Origin: an uncultured delta proteobacterium
GTDB taxonomy: Bacteria > Desulfobacterota > Binatia > UBA9968
Length of the DNA: 64,000 bases
Assembly (NCBI GenBank): GCA_963840855.1
Contig: CAWJBB010000065.1
Coordinates: forward strand, 64,001-128,000
Reading direction: 5' to 3'
Shown here piece by piece: positions 38,190 to 48,894 of this stretch (the stretch's first letter is position 1; each line of letters opens with the position of its first letter). Both the position numbers and the translations under genes were made by a program. The notes under the pieces are model-generated. The model was not told the DNA's origin and ran no database searches. It saw nothing but the letters and a program-made list of their open reading frames with translations.

Positions 38190-38881
38190 ATGGAGAAACG
38201 TCATAAAAAAACGCTCGCTCGTACTTTGGACTGGGGTAGTACCTGCGCCAAAATCGGGCTTACCGCCGTCCTCTTTATTCCGCCGATATTGACCGTCAGA
38301 TACGTGGTTCCCCGGCCTGACCGGGGCGGCCCGGTTCAGGTGGCGAAATGGGTGGAACACGACGCAGCCTAAGGAGCTCGTAAAAATATACTCCATCGTG
38401 AAATCCCACCGCCCCGGCATCGCCGACAACGGAGGCCTGGAAAGTTTCCACGCGCGATTCTCGATGAGAGCGCCAGGCGCGATCTCGATCCGATGCTGGT
38501 GTTGGCCGTCATCAAGGTGGAAAGCGGCTTTCGTCGACCAAGCCCTGTCCCCGATGGGGGCGCGCGGCATAATGCAGATCATGCCCGAGACGGGAAAATA
38601 TCTCAGCGAGGAACTGCTCCGGGTCGATGGCTTCAAGACTCGGACTTTCATGCCCGATCATCTGGATGATCCCGTGCTGAATATCAAACTGGGCGTCTAT
38701 TATCTCGACGGCCTCAAGAAGCAATTTCGTAATTTGAATCTCGCTCTCCTCGCCTACAATCTCGGTCCCGGCGAAATACAAAATCGACTGGACAAATAAT
38801 ATTCACTTCTCGGACGAGTACGCCGCCGTGGTCCTCGACGCGTATCGCGAATATAAGAAGGCGCAAACGCGAGTCTTCTGA
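38190..38881 (+). CDS. lytic transglycosylase (SLT), several frameshifts
   Basis: LVLAVIKVESGF, GARGIMQIMP and AYNLGPG lie in different frames. Confidence 0.75.
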
Positions 38882-39008
38882 GCGAATCCACCCACCAAGT
38901 TGTGCCCGTTTCGATCTCACCGGCCGTGGCAATCGCCGCGATTTCCGTGTTAAATGAAGACTGGTACAGCACTGAGAAACTCTGCGATGAAGGAATGTGA
39001 AACCAGCG

Positions 39009-39476
39009 ATGAGCCAGCCGAACCCCTTGCACTTGTCCGCGCAGACGATTGAAGACATCTCGGACCACGCCCGGCAGACGTTTCCTGAGGAGTGCTGCGG
39101 CGTCATTTTTTCCAACGGCGCCACGGATCGAGTACAGCGCCTGAGCAATATTCAAAACCGGCTTCACGCCCTCGACCCGCTAACCTATCCGCGCACGGCG
39201 GTCATCGCCTACGCGATGGACCCCAAAGAATTGGAGAAAGCGATGGGCGAAGCCGCCGGCGCCAAGCTCAAAGCCTTCTATCATTCCCATCCCAATCATG
39301 ACGCCTACTTTTCCGATGAAGACAAGGCTTTCGCTTGCCCCTTCGGCGAGCCAAATTTTCCCGGCGCCGCCCAAATCGTCGTGTCGATCTACGGCGGCGC
39401 GGTAAGGCGGATCTGCGCCTACGCGTGGTCCGACAGCGCCAACGACTTCGTCGAAGTCGCGGTGAATAAAGTCTAG
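39009..39476 (+). CDS. Mov34/MPN/JAB metallopeptidase (M67)
   Basis: PEECCG and FYHSHP....FSDED JAMM motif. Confidence 0.9.
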   Translation: MSQPNPLHLSAQTIEDISDHARQTFPEECCGVIFSNGATDRVQRLSNIQNRLHALDPLTYPRTAVIAYAMDPKELEKAMGEAAGAKLKAFYHSHPNHDAYFSDEDKAFACPFGEPNFPGAAQIVVSIYGGAVRRICAYAWSDSANDFVEVAVNKV

Positions 39477-39481
39477 ATCCC

Positions 39482-40363
39482 ATGTCCTCGCCGCGGCACA
39501 GAGTCGTCGATGCGCGGGGGCTGCCCATTCACTGCCTGGAATGGGGCGAGGCGGCGGGCGAACCGATCGTCCTCGTGCATGGGTTCTTGGACATGGCGTA
39601 TAGCTGGTGTTCCTTCGCCGACGCGCTACAGAATAAATTCCAAGAGCCGCTCAGGATCGTTGCGCCGGACTGCCGCGGCCATGGCGACAGCGGGTGGGTC
39701 GGCGCGGGCGGGTATTATCATTTTCCCGACTACGTCTTCGATCTCGATTGCGTCATCCAGGCGCTCGGCGCGCCGCGCTTTAAACTCATCGGCCACTCCA
39801 TGGGCGGCACCATTTCGATGCTTTACGCCGGCGCCTTTCCAGAACACGTCTCCAAGCTCGTGCTCATCGAAGGCGTCGGGCCCGCTGGTATGAAATTTTC
39901 CGACGCACCGGAGCGCATGGCAACGTGGATCACCGAAGTTCATCAGCGCGGCCGCAATCATTTTCGCCAGTACACGAGCGTTGAGGCCGGCGCGCGCCAG
40001 TTGCGGCAAACCAATCCCAGGCTCGCGGAGGCCGCTGCTTTGGACTTGGCCCGCGCGGGAATGAAACTAACCGCAGCTGGAAAGTGGCTGTGGAAATTCG
40101 ATCCGCTCAACCGGACCGCGGCGCCGCAGCCTTTTTACACGGCGCAAGCCCTGGAGTTTCTGCGCCGCATCCAGTGTTCAGTTCTGATCGTCGACGGCGA
40201 ACAAAGCCATCAGCGCCAACGCCTGGACAAACAGCAACGCTACGACGCGATTGCCAAACACGAGCAGGCCGTCATCGAAAACGCCGGCCACATGGTCCAC
40301 CAGGATAATCCGGAAAAGCTGGCTCAAGTGGTGGCTGATTTTCTAGCCCGCGGAAAAGGTTGA
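39482..40363 (+). CDS. alpha/beta hydrolase
   Basis: VHGFLD, RGHGDS, GHSMGG, AGHMVH. Confidence 0.92.
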   Translation: MSSPRHRVVDARGLPIHCLEWGEAAGEPIVLVHGFLDMAYSWCSFADALQNKFQEPLRIVAPDCRGHGDSGWVGAGGYYHFPDYVFDLDCVIQALGAPRFKLIGHSMGGTISMLYAGAFPEHVSKLVLIEGVGPAGMKFSDAPERMATWITEVHQRGRNHFRQYTSVEAGARQLRQTNPRLAEAAALDLARAGMKLTAAGKWLWKFDPLNRTAAPQPFYTAQALEFLRRIQCSVLIVDGEQSHQRQRLDKQQRYDAIAKHEQAVIENAGHMVHQDNPEKLAQVVADFLARGKG

Positions 40364-40598
40364 CTGCGCCGGTAAAATTAAGCGATAGTATGCAACAGAT
40401 TCGGTTGACAGGGTGCAGAAGGCGGAGGCGGGAGTAATTCCGTTTGAATACGAATCGCCATAGGGATGAAGGTTCTTTCGTGAAGCGCGGCAAGCCAAAC
40501 CGCAAGAAACCGGCGCGGGCAGAAACCGGCGCCGTTGGTCGAAAAAGGTTGAAATTAAAATCGATGACAAGGTCGATATCCCGACCGACGGCCAAGCC

Positions 40599-40970
40599 AT
40601 GGCTCGGCAGCAAGCGCCCGCGCGCCCCATGCCGCGCGCGACAGCGCCCAATATCGAGTTGGTGGTCAAACACTTCGAGCGCCGCCGCAAGCTGAGCGAG
40701 CAGAAACGGCTTTACTTGCGCGTCGGCGATGGAGTTTCGCACTTGCGCTATGAGGAGTGGGGCGAGGGCGTCGTGATCGAAGTCATGACGTCGTCCGTGC
40801 CGGGCGGCACTTGCTTGGCGCGCATCCGCTTTCAGGATGGCCAGATACGTTGCTTCAACAACGATCTCGACAACGAAGGCTGCTGTTACTTTTTTGGCCT
40901 CCGGCGCTGCTGGAATCCGGCCCAAGCCAGAAACGGCGTCCGTGCGGCATTTTTCGAGATGAAAGGGTGA
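40599..40970 (+). CDS. hypothetical protein (DUF3553-like SH3/Tudor-type domain)
   Basis: LRVGDGVSH...WGEGVV...IRFQDG. Confidence 0.55.
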   Translation: MARQQAPARPMPRATAPNIELVVKHFERRRKLSEQKRLYLRVGDGVSHLRYEEWGEGVVIEVMTSSVPGGTCLARIRFQDGQIRCFNNDLDNEGCCYFFGLRRCWNPAQARNGVRAAFFEMKG

Positions 40971-40975
40971 TTGAC

Positions 40976-41308
40976 ATGACGCAGCGAATCCAAGTCCACA
41001 TCGCGACAATAGCCGTAGCATGGTTTCTCTGGAGCATCTTTCCAGCCGCACCGCTCCGCGCCGAGGATACTATTGAAAAGGCCGGCGTGGTCACGGGCGT
41101 GACGGCGGGCAACATGTGGTTTATTCCTTTGAAAGCGATTTCAGTCTCGATGGGCGCTATCAGCGGCGCGCTGTCGTTCGTCCTGACCGGGGGCGACGAC
41201 GAAGTGACGAGGCAAGTCTGGCGCGACACCGTTCAAGGGCCCTATGTCATCACGCCGGCGGTGGCAAAGAAGGCCATCGGCGAGCGGCCCGAATTGAACA
41301 TTAAATGA
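40976..41308 (+). CDS. hypothetical exported/membrane protein
   Basis: Signal-like N-terminus and hydrophobic segments. Confidence 0.6.
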   Translation: MTQRIQVHIATIAVAWFLWSIFPAAPLRAEDTIEKAGVVTGVTAGNMWFIPLKAISVSMGAISGALSFVLTGGDDEVTRQVWRDTVQGPYVITPAVAKKAIGERPELNIK

Positions 41309-41446
41309 AGCTCCTCGGAGCAAAGCTTCGAGGTATCTTTGCGAAATTCTCCGAAGCCCTTCCACCCTCCTTCGCCAAGGCTATGGAGGGTTCTCCTCGC
41401 CTTCATCCTCGCAGCAATCTGCGAGGTATTCGGCGAAGGAGAATAA
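41304..41446 (+). mobile_element. ~143-bp three-hairpin non-autonomous element, copy 2
   Basis: Near-identical to 23858-24000 (inverted). Confidence 0.7.
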
Positions 41447-41507
41447 AAAGCGGCATGCCGCTCACCCATTTCGGTGAGGCGGCATGCCGCCACACTACTT
41501 CATCAGA

Positions 41508-41580
41508 GTTCCAGCCGTTCAAATAGTTCAAGTCGTTCAAAACGTTTTGAACGGCTTGAACAGCTTGAACGTTTTGAACT
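41508..41580. repeat. 9-mer inverted tandem repeat
   Basis: CGTTCAAAACGTTTTGAACG palindromic centre. Confidence 0.7.
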
Positions 41581-41595
41581 GACTTCCACCCGATA

Positions 41596-42330
41596 CTACG
41601 CCAAATACTCCTTGAAGAAACTCGCCGTGCGTCCCCAGGCGTCCTTCGCCGCCTCCGGGTTATAACGATCGGCGTTGGTATTATTGTTAAACGCGTGCTT
41701 CGCGCCGGGATACACTTTGCAATCGAAGTTCTTGCCAGCCTTCGCCAACGCGGCCTTGAGCGGCTCGACGCCGGGCATGATGTTCGGGTCATCTGCGGCG
41801 TAGTTGCCCATCACCGCGCAGGGAATGTTGGCGACGGAATCCAGTGGATCGGGATTGCGGCCGTAGTATACGACGGCGGCATTGAGATCCTTGCACTTGG
41901 TCGCGAAGTTGAGCGACTGGCCGCCGCCCCAGCAGTAACCCACGACGCCGAATTTGCCGTTGACGTAATTCTGCTTTTTCATGTACGCCACGGCTGAGGT
42001 CAGATCCTCCGCCACCATGCCACCGTTCACCTTTTGGATCTCTTTGGTGGCCTCGTCGCTACCATTCCACTTATCACTGCCACCGATCCGGCTCATGCAA
42101 TCAACGGCGATTGCCGCAAAGCCTTCTTTGGCGAAATGGCGCGCGACATCCTTGATATGGCCGACGAGTCCTCGGTTCTCGTGAATGACCAGCACCGTTC
42201 CCAGGTTCTTGCCGTCCTTGGGCCGCGAAACATAGGCGTTGACGTTTCCCGCGGCGCCCGGAAACTGCACCATCTCCGATGACAGGGCCGCGTCATTGGG
42301 ATCGACGATATTATCTATAGTCTGAGCCAT
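41596..42330 (-). CDS. dienelactone hydrolase family protein
   Basis: IHENRGL, GYCWGG, YPGAKHAF. Confidence 0.92.
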   Translation of the reverse strand: MAQTIDNIVDPNDAALSSEMVQFPGAAGNVNAYVSRPKDGKNLGTVLVIHENRGLVGHIKDVARHFAKEGFAAIAVDCMSRIGGSDKWNGSDEATKEIQKVNGGMVAEDLTSAVAYMKKQNYVNGKFGVVGYCWGGGQSLNFATKCKDLNAAVVYYGRNPDPLDSVANIPCAVMGNYAADDPNIMPGVEPLKAALAKAGKNFDCKVYPGAKHAFNNNTNADRYNPEAAKDAWGRTASFFKEYLA

Positions 42331-42508
42331 TGAAACTCCCTCCTTTAAAAATTCTTGGATACCCCAGCTATAGCGAAAAATGCTTTTCAAAGCTAGAGTC
42401 CTGAAACTAAAATTGGTTGACAAAGTTGGGAAGTCCAGGCGGTTTCGCTAGTGCGGTGAAACTAAAGTGCGCAAATTAATGATTCGTTCGCCCTGCTCCA
42501 ACGGTATG

Positions 42509-42537
42509 TAGGGGACGGGTTTCAAACCCGCCCCTAC
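42509..42537. repeat. GTAG-type REP (GTAGGGG.CGGGTTT.AAACCCGCCCCTAC)
   Basis: Related copies at 63463-63490 and about 31229. Confidence 0.7.
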
Positions 42538-42611
42538 CGATCCGCCATCCGCTTTCGCGGTGGTTGCCCGGAATGACGTGTAAAGAGGTCCCCGATCTAA
42601 AAGACACTACA

Positions 42612-42935
42612 CTAGGTCGAGGTAGAGTTTGATGCCGAGGAAGAGGTTTTAGCGCTGCTGCTCGAAGAACTTTCGCTCTTCTTGCTCTCGCTTTTCGATT
42701 CCGATTTGGCTTCAGCGGGTTTCTCGCCGTTGCCGCTTTTGGCTTCGCCGTTCTGGCCCTTGCGCGCGTAGTCGGTGACGTACCAGCCGGTGCCTTTGAG
42801 TTGAAAGGAAGTATTGGAAATCAGCTTTTTGACCTTGGCTTTGCAGGTGGGACATTTGCTTAACGCCTTATCGGTGATCCGCTGGGTGGCCTCGAAAGTG
42901 CCACATTTTCGGCATTGATACTCGTAAATAGGCAT
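42612..42935 (-). CDS. FmdB-family zinc-ribbon protein
   Basis: [12 protein letters not shown]...CPTC...[13 protein letters not shown]. Confidence 0.93.
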   Translation of the reverse strand: MPIYEYQCRKCGTFEATQRITDKALSKCPTCKAKVKKLISNTSFQLKGTGWYVTDYARKGQNGEAKSGNGEKPAEAKSESKSESKKSESSSSSSAKTSSSASNSTST

Positions 42936-42968
42936 GCAAAATCCTCAACTTACCGAACGCTGGTCAAT

Positions 42969-42997
42969 AGCTTAATCACTCCAAATTCGCTTGTCAA
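42969..42997 (-). promoter_or_regulatory. sigma70 promoter of the FmdB-family gene
   Basis: TTGACA-17 nt-TAAGCT. Confidence 0.6.
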
Positions 42998-43036
42998 TTG
43001 ATCCCCTCGATGGGCGGCCCGCAGCCGGCTGCCCGG

Positions 43037-43402
43037 TCAGGGGTTGGCTTCCGGCTTTTTGCGGTCGCGCCCATCGGCGAGAATATGCGGCCCACCGAAG
43101 GCCTCGGACCGGTTGCCCAACAGCACCAGCGGCTCGGTGCCGGTATTGGTTAACTGATAATAGTCTTTGGCTGCGAGAAACACGATTTCGTTCTTTTTGA
43201 TCGCCCGCTCCTCGCCTTTCAATCCTTTGACCACCCCATTGCCGGAAACAACGAAAAAGGATTCCGGGTTGGCGTGATAGTGCATGTCCGTCCCATCCCC
43301 CGGCACGAAATTAAGCATCCAGCAGCGGAAGTTATCGGTGCCGAAGAGATCGATCTTGCGTTCATTTTTTGCCATCATCTCGTCGAGATTCGCAAAGTTC
43401 AT
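43037..43402 (-). CDS. cupin domain protein
   Basis: MHYHANPESFFVVSGNG; AGGAGG RBS. Confidence 0.85.
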   Translation of the reverse strand: MNFANLDEMMAKNERKIDLFGTDNFRCWMLNFVPGDGTDMHYHANPESFFVVSGNGVVKGLKGEERAIKKNEIVFLAAKDYYQLTNTGTEPLVLLGNRSEAFGGPHILADGRDRKKPEANP

Positions 43403-43554
43403 AGCGCCTCCTTTTTTGCGTACTCGATAGTAACCTAGTCGAGCGCCCGTGGGCAAGCCCCGCTCATTCTCTCCTTGACAGCCAGCGGGTCGTGCAATAT
43501 GTGGTGAAAGTGCCGCACTGAAACGTTTGCGATTGCCAGCGGGAGGTCAACGCG

Positions 43555-44298
43555 ATGCTCAAGTTGCACGAGAGCCAGGCCAAAGAGTTTGTCGCCGAGC
43601 TTGCGGCCAAGTGCGACCAGCGCTGGCAAGAGACCGTCGATAAAACCCGCTTCATGGACGAGCTGCGCGAAGGCAAGCTCAAGAAGGAAACCATCCAACT
43701 TTTCTACAAAAACTGGGGCTCCTTCGTGCCGGTGATAAATGCGGTCTATACCTCGGCTTTTTACAAGCACCTCTGGTTTTTCGTGAAAAACGTCGACTTG
43801 ATGGAAGTTTACACGGAAAAAGTTTTGGACGAGTTCGGCCATCCCAGCCCGCCGGGGCATATTCAGATCTTGATCAGCACCGGCGAGGCATTGGGATTGA
43901 CCAAAGAAGAAGTGCTGCTCTCGCCGATGCTACCTGAATGCCGCGCGCTGCCCGATTTTCATCGAACGCTGATCAACGACGGCCAGATCCAGGAATATTG
44001 GTTCTCGGTTTTGTGGGAGCATCCTTTCGGCAATTCTTGTTTGGATTTTTTCAATGCGTTGACGATGCATTATGGGCTGACCAGCGCACAAGCGAGCTAT
44101 TTTTCCAAGCACCACGAAGCGGATACGATGGATCATTTGGACCGCAAGGCCCATGGAGCGGTCACTCAGACGGTACTAGTCAGGTTGCTTCAAGAAGGAA
44201 TTAACGAACGGCCGGGCTACTCGCCGGAGTATTGCGCCGTGACACCGGCGGATTTGAATAAGATGTTCATGGATGGATGCTATCGCGCTACGCATTAG
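43555..44298 (+). CDS. heme-oxygenase-like diiron protein (PqqC/CADD/TenA fold), paralog 1
   Basis: DEFGHPSPPGH, WE, YFSKHHEAD...H. Confidence 0.75.
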   Translation: MLKLHESQAKEFVAELAAKCDQRWQETVDKTRFMDELREGKLKKETIQLFYKNWGSFVPVINAVYTSAFYKHLWFFVKNVDLMEVYTEKVLDEFGHPSPPGHIQILISTGEALGLTKEEVLLSPMLPECRALPDFHRTLINDGQIQEYWFSVLWEHPFGNSCLDFFNALTMHYGLTSAQASYFSKHHEADTMDHLDRKAHGAVTQTVLVRLLQEGINERPGYSPEYCAVTPADLNKMFMDGCYRATH

Positions 44299-44402
44299 CA
44301 GATCTAGGGTCTAGAGTCTCGCGTCTAGAGTCCGGAGTTCCGGAAAAACTCTAGACCCGAGACTCTAGACCCTAGACGAGCGTTAACGTCTACGAGGAGT
44401 CC

Positions 44403-45827
44403 ATGCCCTTTCCCGATCTACGATCCTTCATCGATGGCGCGCAGCGCATCGGCGAACTGAAAGTCATCGACGGCGCCGATTGGAATCTCGAAATCGGCTG
44501 CCTCACCGAGCTGATGGCGGAACAAGAGGGGCCGCTGCTGCTATTCGATAACATTCCAGGCTATCCGAAAGGTTTTCGCGTCGCCGCCAATGTGCTCGCC
44601 ACGGCGCGCCGCTTTGCGTTGGCCCTCGATTTGCCGAATGACGCGCCGAAGTTGGAGATTCTCAAAACCTGGCGCGATAAGATTCGCGATCTCAAGCCAT
44701 TCGTTCCAGTAGAAGTCTCGTCCGGACCGATCGCGGAAAATATACTCGAAGGCGACCGCGTCGATCTCAACATCTTTCCGACGCCCAAATGGCACGAGCA
44801 CGACGGCGGCCGTTACATCGGCACGGGCGACATGGTGGTCGTCAAAGATCCGGACACCGGCTGGGTCAACGTCGGCACCTATCGCTCCTGCGTCGTCGCC
44901 AAAGACCGTGTGACACTGTGGATCATCGAACACAAACACGGCAAACAAATCGCGCGGAAATATTGGCAAGCCGGAAAATCTTGCCCTGTGGCCATTGTTC
45001 TCGGCTGCGAGCCGGCCACCTGGATGGCTGCGCCGTCCGCAGCCAAGGCCGGCGTCAGTGAGTACGAATACGCCGGCGCGCTGCGTGGCGCGCCGCTGGA
45101 AGTCATACGCGCGCCGGTTACCGGTCTCCCCGTCCCGGCAACTTCGGAAATCGTTGTCGAAGGCGAGATGCCGCCGCCCGCAGAAGAGTCGCACATGGAA
45201 GGACCGTTCGGCGAGTGGCCCGGCTACTATACCCACACGGGAGAGGAATGCGTCGTGCGCGTGAAACGAATCCTTCATCGCAACGATCCCATTCTGCTCG
45301 GCAATCCGCCGCTTTTGCCGATCACCGAACGCTACGGCATTCCCTTATATGCGGCGCGTATCTGGGATCATTTGGAACAATCCGGTATCGCCGACATTAG
45401 CGGCGTGTGGTGCCACTGTCACACATTGATGGTCGTGATTTGCTTGAAACAGCGCTACTCCGGCCATGCGATGCAGGCCCTCACGGCGGTGGCGGGGATG
45501 GTAACCGGCGCGAGCATGTATCGTTACTACGTCGCCGTAGATGACGACATCGATCCCGTGGACCTAAAGCAAGTCATCTGGGCCATGTGTACCCGCGTGG
45601 ACCCCGCAGAGTCGGTGCAAATACTCAAATCGTGGACCTCGGATCTGGATCCGCGTCTGCCGCCGGAGCGGCGCGAGAAAGGCGATTTCACCATGAGCCG
45701 AATGCTCGTAGACGCGTGCAAACCATTTCATTGGCGCGATCAATTCGCGCTGGCGAACAAATTCAGCGCGGCAATGAGAGACAAGATATGGGAGAAGTGG
45801 GCGCCCAAGCTGCAACTAAAATATTAA
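44403..45827 (+). CDS. UbiD-family decarboxylase
   Basis: HDGGRYIGT, NVGTYR, EGPFGEWPGYY, VDDDID, WAMCTR. Confidence 0.93.
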   Translation: MPFPDLRSFIDGAQRIGELKVIDGADWNLEIGCLTELMAEQEGPLLLFDNIPGYPKGFRVAANVLATARRFALALDLPNDAPKLEILKTWRDKIRDLKPFVPVEVSSGPIAENILEGDRVDLNIFPTPKWHEHDGGRYIGTGDMVVVKDPDTGWVNVGTYRSCVVAKDRVTLWIIEHKHGKQIARKYWQAGKSCPVAIVLGCEPATWMAAPSAAKAGVSEYEYAGALRGAPLEVIRAPVTGLPVPATSEIVVEGEMPPPAEESHMEGPFGEWPGYYTHTGEECVVRVKRILHRNDPILLGNPPLLPITERYGIPLYAARIWDHLEQSGIADISGVWCHCHTLMVVICLKQRYSGHAMQALTAVAGMVTGASMYRYYVAVDDDIDPVDLKQVIWAMCTRVDPAESVQILKSWTSDLDPRLPPERREKGDFTMSRMLVDACKPFHWRDQFALANKFSAAMRDKIWEKWAPKLQLKY

Positions 45828-45916
45828 AGGGCAATGAAATCCGGTTGAATCCATCGAGCTTTCCTTATACTAATCGACCCACCCAATCGGAGCAAAATAC
45901 CAAGGAGGACACTTTC

Positions 45917-46828
45917 ATGGACAAAGTAAATTTTCCCTATCGCTCGGACAGCCACCTGCCCTTTCTGCATGTGGTCCACGATTCGGGCTCCTGGGCGAAA
46001 CATGGGTTAGACGTAAATTATGATTATGAAATCACTTCCGAAGATGCGCACAACAATGTCGCCAATGGCACCGTCGAGTTTGTCGGCGGCAATCATCTAT
46101 CACCCTACATTCGCCGGCCGGCGGGCGACAAATGGGTTTACCTCGGACAAACGGTGAGCCTTTTGAATCATCGCATGGTGGTGCGCGCCGACTCGGGCAT
46201 CAATAAGGTCTCCGATCTGAAAGGCAAAAAGGTTGTGACCAAAGGCAAGCATCCGGGATTGAATACATGGCTGTTCATCAAGCAGGCCGGTTTGCTCAAT
46301 GACTGCCATATGGAAAAAGCCAAAGGCAGCAAGTTTCATTGGGAAGCCGTGCGCGACGGCGAAGCCGATGCGGCTTTCGTCACGCCGCCGGCGGATCTGT
46401 TATCCAAGAAAGCCGGGCTGAAAGTCATCGATGTGCCGTTTCTACCGATGGTTTGGTTCACGACGGTTTCCAGCGGACTGCCCTTTGTCGAAAAACACCC
46501 GGACATCATCGATCGATTCCTGCGCGGCATGTGCGAAGGCATCGCCTACTTCAAGACGCATCGAGCCGAATCCATCAAGATCATCAAGGAAAAATACGAC
46601 GCTGAAGGCGATCTCGACGAAGTGACCGCGGCCCATCTATATGATGATCTGGCGAAGATCTTGCAAGCAAAGCCCTACGCGACGATTCCCGCCATCAGCA
46701 ACGTCTATGAAATCTCCATCGAGCAGGATAGAGCCGCGGAGAAAACCGACCCCATGGCGCTTTGGGATTTTCACTATCTGCGGCGTATCGACGACAGCGG
46801 CTTTATCGACAATCTTTATCGAACATAG
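45917..46828 (+). CDS. NitT/TauT-type (PBP2) substrate-binding protein, no obvious signal peptide
   Basis: VSDLKGKKV, GEADAA, RFLRGMCEGI. Confidence 0.75.
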   Translation: MDKVNFPYRSDSHLPFLHVVHDSGSWAKHGLDVNYDYEITSEDAHNNVANGTVEFVGGNHLSPYIRRPAGDKWVYLGQTVSLLNHRMVVRADSGINKVSDLKGKKVVTKGKHPGLNTWLFIKQAGLLNDCHMEKAKGSKFHWEAVRDGEADAAFVTPPADLLSKKAGLKVIDVPFLPMVWFTTVSSGLPFVEKHPDIIDRFLRGMCEGIAYFKTHRAESIKIIKEKYDAEGDLDEVTAAHLYDDLAKILQAKPYATIPAISNVYEISIEQDRAAEKTDPMALWDFHYLRRIDDSGFIDNLYRT

Positions 46829-46943
46829 CTACGTTCGTAGCTTATCGACGGGTCTCGGGTGTCAGGTGTCAGGTCGGAGCAAGGAGCATGAACTCAACAC
46901 CTGAACATCTGAAACCCAAGACACGATGATAGAAGATCAGGCA

Positions 46944-47732
46944 ATGAGCACCGCGGCACCCAAGCTCGGCGTGAAAATGAGCCCCGCGGACGCCAAAGCC
47001 TACATCGACGAGACCAACGAGAAAGTCATTCAGCGCTGGAAAGAACGGGTAACGCAGGGGCCGTTCATGAGCAAGTTTCTCGAGGGAACCTTGCCGATGC
47101 CGGCGATCAAGTTATTCTTTAAGAACTGGGGCAACTTCACCGTCGAGATCAACACTCTGGCTTCCGTCTCCTACCACAAGCATATCGGTTTCTTTAAACG
47201 CCATTCCGATCTTATGGGTCCGCTGGGCGCAAAAATTGCGGACGAATTTATTCATCCAAAACCGCCGGGCCATGTCTTGGTCATGCTGCAAACGGCTGAA
47301 GCCTTGGGTTTGACGCAGGACGAAATACTGCGTGAGCCTATGCTCCCTGAGTGTCGCGCTATCCTTGATTTCAAGCGCCAGCTCATGTGGGAAGGCACGG
47401 TGGCCGAATGGTGGTTTTCCATGCTGACCGAGGAGCCCATCGGCCACTGGTCGGCGATGTGGTTCAAGACGCTGACCGAGAAATACGGCTTCACCCGACA
47501 GCAGGCGGTCTATTTCTCAACCCACGTAGAAGCCGACTTGAAAGAACACGAGGACGGCGTCATGGGCCACGCCAGCTTTAACAAGATGGTCATGCAAAGA
47601 ATTCTGGAAGACGGCTACGCCGATTGCCGCGAAGGCTACAATTTAGAGTACTGCGCCATCGCCGCCGTCGATCTCTACGGCGTCATGCACCGCGCCGCGG
47701 CGGAACTGGCCGGAGTAGTTGCTAGTTCCTAG
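46944..47732 (+). CDS. heme-oxygenase-like diiron protein, paralog 2
   Basis: DEFIHPKPPGH, TEE, YFSTHVEAD...H; shares KNWG and PMLPECRA with paralog 1. Confidence 0.75.
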   Translation: MSTAAPKLGVKMSPADAKAYIDETNEKVIQRWKERVTQGPFMSKFLEGTLPMPAIKLFFKNWGNFTVEINTLASVSYHKHIGFFKRHSDLMGPLGAKIADEFIHPKPPGHVLVMLQTAEALGLTQDEILREPMLPECRAILDFKRQLMWEGTVAEWWFSMLTEEPIGHWSAMWFKTLTEKYGFTRQQAVYFSTHVEADLKEHEDGVMGHASFNKMVMQRILEDGYADCREGYNLEYCAIAAVDLYGVMHRAAAELAGVVASS

Positions 47733-47829
47733 TTTCTAGTTGGGGAGGGGGACCTGGAACTAGAAACTAGAGACTAGGAACCCAAGACCCAAGACGGCGA
47801 ACGCTGGCAGCAAAAGGAGTGGCGCGCTC

Positions 47830-48894
47830 ATGCCAATCCAGTTTAATCATTCACGATTCTCACCTGCGGCGCGGGTTTTGACTTTCGTTGGTCTCACGCT
47901 TGTTTTCGCCTGTGATTTTTCGTCGGCGCAAACCAGTTTTTACCAGGGCAAAACCATTCAAATCATCGTCGCCTTCGGCCCCGGCGGTGTAACGGATATC
48001 TCCGCGCGATTGGTGGCAAGGTATCTGGGCAAGCATATTCCAGGGAATCCCAACATCATCGTGCAAAACATGTCCGGCGCGGCGGGCATCTCTGCCGCGA
48101 ATCATCTTTACAATCTCGCCAAGCGCGATGGCCTCACCGTAATGGCGATGGGCCGCGCCAACTATCTGGAGCAAATGACTGGCAAGCCGGAAGTGCGTTT
48201 CGATTTTCGGAAGTTCAGCTGGGTCGGAAGTTTTAACAATGCGCCAATGATGCTGGCGTGCCGCGCTGACAGGGGACTCACAACGCCCGAAAAAATTCGC
48301 GCCTCAAAGACGCCGCCGCGATTCGGACAGGGAGGCAGCGCCAGCGTGAGCACAATCTTCAGTAGCCTGGTCGAGGAAGCGCTCAATCTCAAGTTCCAAA
48401 ACGTGATGGGGTATCAGTCGGGCCGGGAAATCGACCTCGCGTTAGAGCGCGGTGAGATCGACTGCCGCGCCAGCTCGGATATCACCATCTTGCGCTCTCC
48501 CTGGCCCGAGTGGCTTGAAAAGCGCTTTGTCACGTTCCTCGTACAACAGGGGCCGAAGAAAAGCCGGGTTTTGCCGCCGGAGGTGCCCACAGTTTATGAA
48601 CTGGCGGCCACCGACGCCAAGCCCGTGCTCAACTTGATGAGCGTCATGCTCGCCTTCACGGAATTCGACCGTCCGTTCGCGGCGCCTCCCGAATTTGCCA
48701 GCCGCGGCTGTTGCAAACTCTGCGCGACGGCTTTGAAAAAATGCTCGGCCGATCCGGGATTCTCAGCCGACGCGAAAAAGCTCGTCGATTGGGACGGCAG
48801 CTATCTAAATGGCGAACAGCTTCAGAAAAGGATCGAATCAACGGTCAACCAGCCGCCCGATGTCATCAAACGGATCAAGCAGATTTTGCAGTGA
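47830..48894 (+). CDS. TctC/Bug tripartite transporter substrate-binding protein (apparent compensating frameshifts near 48690-48750)
   Basis: FGPGGVTD, PGNPNIIVQNM.GA.G, LALERGEID. Confidence 0.85.
   Translation: MPIQFNHSRFSPAARVLTFVGLTLVFACDFSSAQTSFYQGKTIQIIVAFGPGGVTDISARLVARYLGKHIPGNPNIIVQNMSGAAGISAANHLYNLAKRDGLTVMAMGRANYLEQMTGKPEVRFDFRKFSWVGSFNNAPMMLACRADRGLTTPEKIRASKTPPRFGQGGSASVSTIFSSLVEEALNLKFQNVMGYQSGREIDLALERGEIDCRASSDITILRSPWPEWLEKRFVTFLVQQGPKKSRVLPPEVPTVYELAATDAKPVLNLMSVMLAFTEFDRPFAAPPEFASRGCCKLCATALKKCSADPGFSADAKKLVDWDGSYLNGEQLQKRIESTVNQPPDVIKRIKQILQ

Noticed and set aside
39009-39476. JAB protein as part of a CBASS or ubiquitin-like defence system
   Set aside because: No E1/E2, ubiquitin-like or cyclase gene nearby; fits a housekeeping sulfur-carrier peptidase
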